The notes under the pieces are model-generated. The model saw only the letters and a program-made list of their open reading frames with translations. It was not told where the DNA came from and made no database searches. A DNA stretch of 64,000 nucleotides, taken from Botryllus schlosseri (Eukaryota). The DNA lies in the NCBI GenBank assembly GCA_051294905.1, contig CM119376.1, positions 13,640,001-13,704,000 of the forward strand, in the 5' to 3' direction. This document shows positions 39,450 to 49,788 of the stretch, piece by piece. Each line of letters opens with the position of its first letter. Positions within the stretch are counted from its first letter, which is position 1. The translations under genes were made by a program, and so were the position numbers.

Positions 39450-40289
39450 GACAACTGAAAAAAACACTAGCGTTGACATTCTTCTTACATGCTCTTTTCT
39501 GTGTTTTTTTTTTAAACAGGATTATTCTGTCTTTTTTCCTGTATAAATCTCAACCTACGGCAGTTTCCGATTTTCGTTTGTCCGGCCGCATCATGCTGTA
39601 CATTTATTGTGCACTGGCACTCGTCTGAATTTTTTTGGCTTTATCTGAAATGCATATAGCAAAGCAACATTCTTAGTAATTATGAACTGAGTGTCAAAGT
39701 ATTTTTCGGTCATGTTGACAAAATGTCTTTCAAATCGAAATTTAACATTAGGTGATAACGAATTGTTTTGCCTTGTTTATATTGGAATAAAATACTCCTT
39801 GTTTATATGAGTCTTGTCTTAGTGAGTATAAATAGTAAAAACAGGTATGCAAATTATGGTAATGATGATTACAGCATTCGAGTGTGAACAATTACACCAA
39901 TTGATGTTTGTTTGAACAGTTACAGATGAAATACATATTTTCTGACTGAAATGGTAAAAGCCCGGTTTGATTTCAACCCATGTCGGCATATATCCAGTTC
40001 ATGTAATTTTCCCTTGTTGCCTACGAGGTATAGTATGCGCTTGTAGAGCAACGATGTCAGTTATTGAGTGTGTTTTTAGACAAAATTGTCAGTGGTGTTA
40101 TGCAAGTGGAAGTAATATATGAATTCTTCATTGTGTAGTGTAGAAGCAGCAGAAGTCAGATGACGTGGTTGCTGGAAATGCCTAGTTCTGTCTGGTTGAC
40201 GGACCAGAATGACGATGGAGTGATTGCACGCAATAGTCACAAATTGATTGTGTCGCTAGCCAGACAGAGAATGCTATATTTTGCCAGAG

Positions 40290-40759
40290 GCATTTTTACA
40301 GTCCACCATATTCTTTATTAACGTTTACTAATCGCGCAAAGTGTTTACACCGTATCCTATACAACTTCTCCGTATCGCTTTTCGACTCAACTACGGGCCA
40401 TATAATATGGGGAATGGCGCCGTACCATGCTATTTTTCCATTTCCATATCAATACTATCATTTTCATCCCATGATGTGGACGAATGCTTATGTTATCGAA
40501 AATTGGATACCTGCTGGTGTGCATCAATATGAATGAAGCTCGTCACCTATCGCATAGCTCAATTTGCACCTTTTTACAACCCATGTAAACGAATTAGGAT
40601 CGTTTTCATAGCTACTCACTTGAGTACTTATAAAGTCAGTCAATTCTACTTCAAGTAGTTTTAGGTTGTTTATGGAAGTACTTCTACTCGTACTTGAGTA
40701 GATTTTTTTTGTCGCTACTTCTACTTGAGTTGATGTCACGACTACTTTGACCACCTCCG
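40290..40759 (+). mobile_element. hAT-type family B element, right half, between PCNA and TOPBP1
   Basis: Colinear with 57560-58007 plus 59151-59254; ends TTTGACCACCTCCG; represents the empty site for the MITE at 58008. Confidence 0.75.
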
Positions 40760-41355
40760 AGTAGAAGTGGTTCACAAGTATGTAAGTAGGTATTCTACGC
40801 TTAGTTTTGCCTACAAAACTGTCAAGTAGAAGTAGTCTAAAACCATAACTACTTGACAAGTAGTGTGAGTAGGCAAAATCTACTTCAAAAAGTAAAAGTA
40901 CTTCATCATTTGCCCACTCAATAAGAATTTTCAATGTGACAAATTGAAATAACAATCTGGCACTGTTGGATGGAATATCTCAATATCAGCTTTTGTTAGT
41001 AAAGAAGCTGTGTTTCAATTTTGATCCAGGTTATATCCAAGTTAAATCTAGCACCTGAATCCACAAGTAATTTCCATCTTCTCTGCATTCCACAACACGA
41101 GTCATTTTCTAACTGAAAGTTCTTTAGCTCGACTAAAAAGATTGTTGCTACCTCGTCAAAGGTCCCTATAGCCGATGCATAATCTATCGCAGTAAGAACT
41201 AGGTAGTCTCTCCAAATAATACAGTTAACTACAATAATAATACTTTGTATATTTGAAAAGAATCAAAATAAATCGACTCAAACGATCAACTAGACCTTGA
41301 TATAAATATAATGATGCGGTGCCAGTAGAAACACTTGCTAATTTAAATAATGCCG

Positions 41356-44300
41356 CTATGATTGCTGGGTATTCTCACAGTCTTTGAGTATGGCTGCAGC
41401 CTGTGGAACATAATACGGCTGAGGGGATGGCGGTGGATTTTTCAACAGGAAATCTCCGATATAGGTAGGGTCGCAGATATGAACCCTATGCTTGCGTATC
41501 AAGCACTTCATGAGGTCTGACGACAGAGATTTTGTTCGATCCAGATCGATGAATATGTGGGTGATTTCAGAACCCAGTTCAGACGATATTCCTGAATGTT
41601 CGATAACTTTTGCCGAGCCGCATTTAAGCACCCGCTCGAAACCTTTCTGTTGCCTACTGTTCACATCAAGCAAAACCGACCATCCAGAAAACGCGCCTCG
41701 CGGAGAGCTTGCTTCTTCTGAGTCGCCCAGACTCTTGCGCCATCGGTAGGCAGCTAGCGGTATCAAACTTTGCAGCGCTTCAGGGCTGTTCGTGAGCTTG
41801 GCCGTATCTGGGTTTTCGGGGTTCCCGTACTCATATGGGTCTTCGTTTACAAAATTTCCTACCTGTTGGCACTCATCTAGATATTTAGGATGTAAAATAC
41901 GCCTCCCGCACGCCAAGGCTGAGAGATATTTTTCGCTTCGCCCAGGTCTCGGAACCAACAGATGAGTACATTTAAGTTCGAATGTCGCCGTTTCTATTAG
42001 ATTTGCTCCCAATTTCGAGACGACAGTGGTGTATTTGTCTTTGTCGTTAGACATCGATGACATCATAAAGAACATATCGGAAGGAATTCTCGGAATATCA
42101 ATGGTTGTCTCATTGTTCTCAGTCGTTTCGTCTTGACAAGACTCGTCCTTTCTCATGAGCCTCAACATTTCTTCCCTGCCGGTCGGGTCATCCCAACTGA
42201 CTTGCACGTCCTGCGAAAGTTCGGTAGCATTATTATCCCTGGTTAAATTAGATTGGAGGGTTGACACTCGTCTTTGAGCAGGCGACGAAACATGGGATTT
42301 ACTAACACTCAAGCGATGAGCTTTAACATCTTTGTTTCCGCTGGTTTCCGCCATGATATTGGCGAGTTTCCTTTGCAGCATGTCCCTGCATTCCTGAGAA
42401 TCAATCGGCTCGTCCGCGTCCTTTTTGGCACGTTTCCGCCGTGGCGTTGAATCGTCGTTATCTGACGTTTCTGAATTGCTGGAGACGCGAGTCGACAAAC
42501 GGGTTCTGTTTTGGGAAGACCGTAATTTCTGCGATTGCGATTCCATTTGAATGGACTTGTTGGGATCGTACACGTGAGGGTACATCGTCTCGTCTAGTCT
42601 GGTTTCGGCGATAACGCACGACTCGATCCAATACGGCGACACTATCACTTTCCCGTCCGTTTTGGCAGTGCAAAATTCTTTGTTCTTGTCTTTGAGTCGT
42701 CCTTGAAACAAGAAGTGAGTACACGCGTTATCGTACACCCAGCGAAACTCGCCGGAATGAGCAGTCACTACTTTGGACAGATTCGAGAAGTCCTTGTGCA
42801 GTTTTGACGACAGCGCAATCACAAGGCCCTCAAATATATTAGATATATTCTTCCCATCTTCGACATTTTCATTTTTTGTATTCTCTTTATCCGAGGTAGG
42901 CGAGGACGTATCAGTTACATGTTTTCCCAACCTGCCGTCCAAATTTTCGATGAGATAATCCGGTATCTTTTCCACGGCCGCATCGAGGCATCGCGACATA
43001 ATCTCACTCAGTGGCGTGTCCGGATTTTTTCTCGCCTCGTCCTTAACTTTGCTACGCTGCTCGGCCGGCGTTTTCAGAAGCTCAAACACCTCCGTCAAAT
43101 CGAACGACATGTTCCCGCCTATGCTTCCCTTTTTCATGAACTTACTAGGAGTCTCCAGATCGTCATGTATTCTCTTGTAGCGGGTCGATACCGGAGTTTC
43201 CGCGTTTTTCATGGCCTCGTCGAGAGCCCGTTTCCTTAGATCTTTCTTAATCTCCATTTTCTCTCGAATTCTGTTCACGACACTCGGAGCGCGTGGTATC
43301 GGAGGGAACTCTGAATCCCATCCCGTGTAACCAACTGCTTTGCGATGATCTGCCCTTCTGTTTGTTACATTTTCAGTAGATTTGGCACAACCCGTCGACA
43401 CCGAACTATCACTGTGCTCCGAGACGACGAAGTCTTCTTCCTTTTGTTTCAAACCCGTTCTTGCGCTTTCATAAATCCAATCCTCGTTTACGATAGGAAT
43501 ACCCCATTTCGTGCAGCCCACAAATTTCTCCCCACCAGGTTTGTGTATTATCAAATGAGTAGTTCTCTTCAAATCTGTCATATCTCTTCTCGCTACTAGA
43601 TCTTGTGAAACACCTCCCAATTCAATAATCAACCGAGACAAAGAATTACGCTCCGCATCTCTATACTTACTCAAGCACGCCACGACTCCAGCCAATGGTT
43701 TTGAATTGGCAGGTACTGAAAATGGAGTGAACATGGGATGATTTGTTGCTGGTACGAGCTCATTTTCTTGGGTGCAGTACTGTATCCAGAATATGGTAAC
43801 TACTTCGGCAGCAGTTTTATCAACGAGCCAGCCCGTAAGCGGCACAACAGCATAGTCTGCAATTCTTTTGCTGTCCACTGGAAGCAGAGATCCTCCATTC
43901 GATTCGATATCAGACATCAAAGATTTTGATTCAGCGCCGGCAAATCCAACAACAAAAAAGGTATTTCCTGAAAATATTCCACTGTAAGTCATGTCAGAGA
44001 CCATGGTTGTCATATCGTTAGCAGTGGTTTCCTCATCCCCTTCATTTTCTGAAATGTTACGCTTTGACATTGTAGAGTTTTCCGGATACGGAATACCCAC
44101 ATTATCTTGATCTGTTGTCTCGTTAGCATACTGCGAAAGTACGGTATCATCATCTTCAGGCATGAGAAAAGGTAACATTGAGCCATCGTGTACAGAAACT
44201 TTCTGTTTGGCATCAACCTTTTTTACAGTATCCACATCATTCATCGTGATTTCATCTTCCGTAATCGCGTGCGTTCTTGTTTCCTCGTAATCCGAAGGTA

Positions 44301-45678
44301 GAATTGAAGTCTGCCAGTAATCTTTGTCAGGCATGATCTTGCCGTGAGCTAGCGAGTCTATCACCCAGTCCTGGCCGACAACGTTTAAATCCGGATTATC
44401 CGAACTCATGGTCAATATTTCGTGCTTCGTAGCACCGGAAATTCTGGCGGGATCACCCACCACCACTTTGTCTACGCTGGTGGACAACTGTGCCCGTTTG
44501 ACAGCACCGGCCAAGCTCAACAATTTTCCCATTTTTTCTTCTTCTTGGTAAGAAAATCCGACCAAATAAACGTGGACTCCATCCAGAACGTCAATGTATT
44601 TGTTATTGTTAATCTGCATTGATAGCAACCGATTCCCACCACCTACAGCTCTACTTCTTGACATCATTGACGTGTCATTTAAAGCAGAAGCCACCGTATC
44701 ATTCACTGTCGACGGGTCGATATTACTCAAATCTACCATTGATGACAAATTTCCATTGTCCGGCGGCTTATCTGGCGTCGACTGATGGTGAGCTGTCTTC
44801 TGAGAAACGTTAGCAGGGACTTTAACGGGATATTTGAGATTATCAAGGCAAAATCCCTTGTCGATACTGTCGTACAGCCAATCGATGTTCACAACTTTTA
44901 CGCCAAACTTTTGAGCCATCATAAACTTTTGACCTTCGGGCTTATTCACTATGAGATGAGTCGTGTAGTTGAGTTTCATGGCGCCGGAATATTCTCCCCC
45001 GAATTTCGTCACCAATTTTTGCACTTTCGTCTTGTCGGCGGCGCTAAATCCGGTCAGACAAATTTTACAGCCGTGAAAAAGTGGGCACAGGAACTCCTCC
45101 CACTTCCCATCTTTGGCACACACGTACTTGGACACTCCAGCTTTCCACAAATGCTGTATCCATTCCTTGGTCATGATCTTTATATTGTAATTCGTGGCAG
45201 TGAGATATTTGACAGAGCCAACGTGTCCAACGACTAGATGGGTCACACTTAAATCCAGAGGTTTTGCTACTTCTCCGCCCATCATTTGAACCATGTTTGT
45301 GAGTTTGATTCTTTCATCGTGGAGAATATTGGAAAAACAAATAACCGTGCCAAACATGGTCAGTGTAGCGATTGGATAACTCATATTTTTATGTAGCTGT
45401 ATTCCATGCTTCAGTAAAGTCAGCATGCACTGAGATCCCAAAATCGGGTATCCATGATTGACTAAATTTTGGACAATGTTCTCCACCTCTTCTGTCCCTT
45501 GGAGCGGATCTACTACATACACAATCTCCTCTTGGAACATTGAAATCTTGTTTGCCTCTTCAGCTGTCGTCCATACACAATTGATGCCCTTTTTCTTTGT
45601 TAAATCATGAACGAGAAAGAGGTTTTCTTTCCCTTCATCAGAAAAGGAAAGGCACCTGACCTGATTTCCAGCTTCCAT
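41356..45678 (-). CDS. TOPBP1: DNA topoisomerase II-binding protein 1 (multi-BRCT ATR activator), 1440 aa from ATG 45678, single coding exon
   Basis: Tandem BRCT domains (e.g. LFHGCKICLTGF..YTTHLIV..WLYDS; IFEGLVIALS..W; CTHLLVPRPGRSEKYLSALACG); ATR-activation motif QVSWDDPTGREE (human IIWDDPTAREE); acceptor tttcatAG just upstream of the ATG. The ORF-track start at 45693 is a GTG. Confidence 0.95.
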   Translation of the reverse strand: MEAGNQVRCLSFSDEGKENLFLVHDLTKKKGINCVWTTAEEANKISMFQEEIVYVVDPLQGTEEVENIVQNLVNHGYPILGSQCMLTLLKHGIQLHKNMSYPIATLTMFGTVICFSNILHDERIKLTNMVQMMGGEVAKPLDLSVTHLVVGHVGSVKYLTATNYNIKIMTKEWIQHLWKAGVSKYVCAKDGKWEEFLCPLFHGCKICLTGFSAADKTKVQKLVTKFGGEYSGAMKLNYTTHLIVNKPEGQKFMMAQKFGVKVVNIDWLYDSIDKGFCLDNLKYPVKVPANVSQKTAHHQSTPDKPPDNGNLSSMVDLSNIDPSTVNDTVASALNDTSMMSRSRAVGGGNRLLSMQINNNKYIDVLDGVHVYLVGFSYQEEEKMGKLLSLAGAVKRAQLSTSVDKVVVGDPARISGATKHEILTMSSDNPDLNVVGQDWVIDSLAHGKIMPDKDYWQTSILPSDYEETRTHAITEDEITMNDVDTVKKVDAKQKVSVHDGSMLPFLMPEDDDTVLSQYANETTDQDNVGIPYPENSTMSKRNISENEGDEETTANDMTTMVSDMTYSGIFSGNTFFVVGFAGAESKSLMSDIESNGGSLLPVDSKRIADYAVVPLTGWLVDKTAAEVVTIFWIQYCTQENELVPATNHPMFTPFSVPANSKPLAGVVACLSKYRDAERNSLSRLIIELGGVSQDLVARRDMTDLKRTTHLIIHKPGGEKFVGCTKWGIPIVNEDWIYESARTGLKQKEEDFVVSEHSDSSVSTGCAKSTENVTNRRADHRKAVGYTGWDSEFPPIPRAPSVVNRIREKMEIKKDLRKRALDEAMKNAETPVSTRYKRIHDDLETPSKFMKKGSIGGNMSFDLTEVFELLKTPAEQRSKVKDEARKNPDTPLSEIMSRCLDAAVEKIPDYLIENLDGRLGKHVTDTSSPTSDKENTKNENVEDGKNISNIFEGLVIALSSKLHKDFSNLSKVVTAHSGEFRWVYDNACTHFLFQGRLKDKNKEFCTAKTDGKVIVSPYWIESCVIAETRLDETMYPHVYDPNKSIQMESQSQKLRSSQNRTRLSTRVSSNSETSDNDDSTPRRKRAKKDADEPIDSQECRDMLQRKLANIMAETSGNKDVKAHRLSVSKSHVSSPAQRRVSTLQSNLTRDNNATELSQDVQVSWDDPTGREEMLRLMRKDESCQDETTENNETTIDIPRIPSDMFFMMSSMSNDKDKYTTVVSKLGANLIETATFELKCTHLLVPRPGRSEKYLSALACGRRILHPKYLDECQQVGNFVNEDPYEYGNPENPDTAKLTNSPEALQSLIPLAAYRWRKSLGDSEEASSPRGAFSGWSVLLDVNSRQQKGFERVLKCGSAKVIEHSGISSELGSEITHIFIDLDRTKSLSSDLMKCLIRKHRVHICDPTYIGDFLLKNPPPSPQPYYVPQAAAILKDCENTQQS

Positions 45679-47296
45679 CACGGTTTCTAACACTATGAAA
45701 TTCTACAGCAGTTATTTCTAAATTATGTGAAGAAATAATACAATATTAGGATTGCTATCTTTGTGATCATGTTGACTGTAGCAAATTGACAGGCTACCTA
45801 CTTCCCCTATAGTCCCCCATGTTCGATACTCTGTCCAGTGTTTTACCGTGTACCTCAAATACCCCAGGCTATAAAATCTAGGTTCATTTTTTGAAATAAA
45901 TCCTGTGTGATGAGAGCTTATCTGCATAGAATAATCAAGTTATGAAACAGAAAGTTCTACGTGACGTTGCCACCAATTCTACTCTGGCAAATACCGTGCC
46001 CATTTTTATATCAATCCTGGTATTAACGATGTACGAATGTAAACAATCTAAAGGGGGAGCAAATAGGAATATTAAGTTGATTTACATAACACTTGAGTAG
46101 TCTCGAGAAAAATGTTTCCCCTGATAAAAAAAAAACACCATAAATTATGCTCACTTCGGCAATCTTAAGTCGATCAATGGGACAACTTACATAGGGCTCA
46201 TAAGTCATGGTCATACATATATTAAAAACATAGATATAGGGCCTACTGTCGACTCCACTATAAATTCGGGCACTGGATAGCCCGGACAATCACTTCATTC
46301 GGAAAAATGCACGGGAACGAAACAAAAGTAAAAATTGCACATTAAAAACTCGACCACTTCAACAGACAATTCTATTCTCCGCTAACTCAGACACAGGGTC
46401 GCTATTCCTATCGTTATAGGATATGACACAATAAACAGTACTTCATTCGTTTCATCACAAGATGAGTCATTAGGTTATGGCGAAAAAACGTTGATCCATA
46501 CATTAACAATCACAATAAACACTTATAAGGCCGTGCCAGTGCCATCAGCCTTAGTCGCTTTGAGTTCGGTGAACGCTATATATGATGTGTTTTACACGGT
46601 AATATGTAATAGTATGTAGTGATTCTTTAATCGTTGGGTATCGAGAGACAATACAACTAACCTGAAGGTATAAGTTTTGCCCCTCCTACCGGCGGTACCG
46701 GGTATTGCCGGTAGGGTCTCGTATACCATAAGCACGACCCTGACATTATGGTGACCGACCTTAGTTTGAAAGTCGCAACTGACCTTATTTTGCATGCAAT
46801 CACACCAACCTTCGTCGGTTGGGAATTATTACAAGAAGAGATTTCCATGCACATGATGCATCTGCCTTCAGAGCCCAAATCCTTAAATTGTATATACACC
46901 AAGGCGCGAAATGTTTTGAATCACTGATCCGTGTCTTGTCAAAAGGGTTCAGTTTTCCATGATGTGAATGTGTCAGTTGAGCTCAATTTTCAATAAGAAT
47001 TCAAAACACCGCAAGACTGCGATACTATAACCTTTATAAGGCCTTTATAAAGGCTATGGCGATACAATGAAAAGATAGGACGGTGTCGTAAAGACTTGGA
47101 GTAGTCTTTGAAATCAGACACCCATCATCAGAGGTGGTCAATAGTCAAGAAAGCTACTCAAGTAGAAGCAGAAGTAGTGACGAAAAATTCGACTCAAGTA
47201 CGAGCAGCAGTACTTCTCCCATAAGCAACCTAAAACTACTTGAAGTAGAAGTAGAATTGACTGACTTTAAATCTACTCAAGTAAGTATAAGTAGTT

Positions 47297-47558
47297 GAGA
47301 GAGAGAGATATGGTATTCTTTTTCGCCTGCACCATCGAGATGCTTTGACGACGGAGATGCGATACGGCCTTTATAGTAAGGTCATCTAGTCTGCACCCCC
47401 GGTTTTTTTTCTCCTCCATGCTATCCGTGATTGCTGAGCGCCTAGCAGGATAGCCGCGGATACCAGTTTTCGAGTCTTTGGTCTGACCCGGCCGGGGATC
47501 GAACCCACGACCTACCGATCGAGAAGCCGGACGCACAACCATTACACTATCTCGCTCG
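47297..47558 (-). mobile_element. tRNA-derived SINE (MetaSINE-like), copy 3
   Basis: Reverse complement of copy 1; inserted in the family B element. Confidence 0.85.
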
Positions 47559-47930
47559 AAATTCGTTCACAGGGATTGTCAAAAGCTGCAAATTGAGCTA
47601 TGCGAAAGGTGCCGAGCTTGATTGATATTGGTGCATACTAGGAGGTATCATGGGATGAAAATGATAGTATTTATATGGGCCGGGCCGTAACAGCACTTCG
47701 TCAGCCCCCCCCCCCCAAAAAAAAAAACTTCGGTCTTGGGCCCCCCACCCACCCCACCCATAAGGTTATAGACCAAACATATTCACTGGGAGTTTATTTA
47801 GTTAGTCAGCTTTTGTTGCCTACGCGCGCGATGCGCGGGAAATTTCTAGAATTAATGATTTCATCGGTTATTCTTATCAATTTTTATCTTCTCTCTGCTC
47901 ACGTAATCAGAGGGTGTCGTTGATTTGTAC

Positions 47931-48135
47931 ATGTCGCCAATGTCGCCAATGTCACCAATGTCACCAATGTCGCCAATGTCGACGTCTATCTATTTTGTCA
48001 ATGTCGCCAATGTCGCCAATGTCGCCAATGTCACCAATGTCACCAATGTCACCAATGTCGGCTATGTCACCAATGTCGCCAATGCCGACATTGCCGACAA
48101 TGCCGCCATTGCCGACAATTCCGACATTGCCGACG
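47931..48135. repeat. 9-bp minisatellite (ATGTCRCCA)n followed by near-inverted units (TTGCCGACA)n
   Basis: Direct reading of the array; TTGCCGACA is the reverse complement of TGTCGGCAA. Confidence 0.9.
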
Positions 48136-49651
48136 ATACCGCTCGGGGGCCGAAACTAGGGTAATGTAATGACAGGATTTTTGGTGACTCGACTTGAATC
48201 AATCTCATTGGTATTGACTTGACCTGCACTCGGCTACTCAAGCACTTCGACTATCTCGCTACATACTACGCGATTCTTGACGGGAAGACCTGAAGATTGC
48301 ATGGTCACAAACGCAAATTATTTATAACTAATCATATTATTTATATTATTAGGCCTACGTTGAATTGAATGAACGTCGAAGTCTTTATACATTCCAGTGT
48401 AGGATTCGCGAGGAAAATACACGACCGGGCGTGGGTACGCTGGCAAAAAAGTACACCATTTCGCATTCCATTGGTGTCATCAAGTGGTAGCTGTGTCGAG
48501 CGATTCGAAGATGATCACAAGAACTCCACCAAAACGTAGTGGAAGTAAGCCTGGCCAATATCCCAGATCAGCCATCAAGCAAAAAACGAAGAAAAAACAC
48601 TCGTGATCGTGATCATTGATTGTTGTTAGTTGCTGTACAGACACAGCTACCACTTGATGTGTGTTGTTGAATAAAATCAGTTTCGTTTGGCTATATGGAA
48701 TTGTATTATTTTTGAACAAGCTAGGGGTTCATATAAAACAGGGCTAGTTCTAGTTCTATAGTGCGCTTTTTGAAAATCCAGTAGTTTCCCAGCAAACACA
48801 TTACGGCAAGCGGTTATCCGTCGGATAACTTGTCCTTTGGCCCAGATTCATCCTAGTGCCATCCGGTTGCACCGAGCGTGTCGACTCCTGGTGTTATCCA
48901 GTGGGTGACCACTGACCATCCAACTAGTCATTTCTGAGTCACTTCCTGGCCACTGTAGGGACAAAGTCCGGTTGGGACCGATATCCATAGACTATCCACT
49001 GATCAACCCTCTGAATACTAGCTAGCTCCTGAACCTGCATATTTCCTTACCACAGGTTAGGCGACGCACAAATACACTTACACAAGATTGATTTTCAGGC
49101 AAAAAGCTTATATTATCGAATTGTCAACAATAAAAACTAAGCAGCAACGAGTAAAATTAACAACGGCTCTAAATCACGTCAAAATCAATCACTCACTCAA
49201 GTTCAAGACATACAATAAAGCAACAGGTGGACTCAAAAATATCACAAGCAGTCGATCAATTAATCAATCAGGCTAAAAATAGGATGACTACGAAGTATGT
49301 ACACTGGGAGGATTACAGAATGCCACACATACACAACTTATCAGAAATACCAGAGGTTGGCAAGTTTTGAAAATCATTATAGGCAATAATAAAAACTGCA
49401 GCAAAGTAAAGCACAGCATTGAGTCAAAGCAACAATAATTGTCAATCAATCAAGGTAAAGAAGCATGCACACTAGAAGGATTACAGAATACGACACACGG
49501 ACAAGTGTTGAAAAATTATGATAGGTCGAAGTATTGCCTAGAATTCTGCCTATGAGAATAAAACAAGACACGCACTGCATTACACATGCACATTAGGCTG
49601 TCTATAGAAACGATGTTCACCAAATTTGGTTCAATTCCAACCAGTGGAAGT

Positions 49652-49788
49652 GGAGTTATTGCCGTCGAAAAATTTGGATTTCAATAAAATAGTATTTACG
49701 GTGAGCACAACAATAATAAATAAACAAAGAATCGGTCACCGTAATTACTATTTTATTCAAACCCAAATTTTTCGACGGCAATAACTCC
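49652..49788. repeat. 137-bp near-perfect hairpin / miniature inverted repeat
   Basis: GGAGTTATTGCCGTCGAAAAATTTGGATTTCAATAAAATAGTA..TTACGGTGA is inverted as TCACCGTAA..TACTATTTTATTCAAACCCAAATTTTTCGACGGCAATAACTCC. Confidence 0.85.

Noticed and set aside
47914-48164. ORFs with (MSP)n, (NVA)n and (CRQ)n repeats
   Set aside because: By-products of the 9-bp minisatellite.
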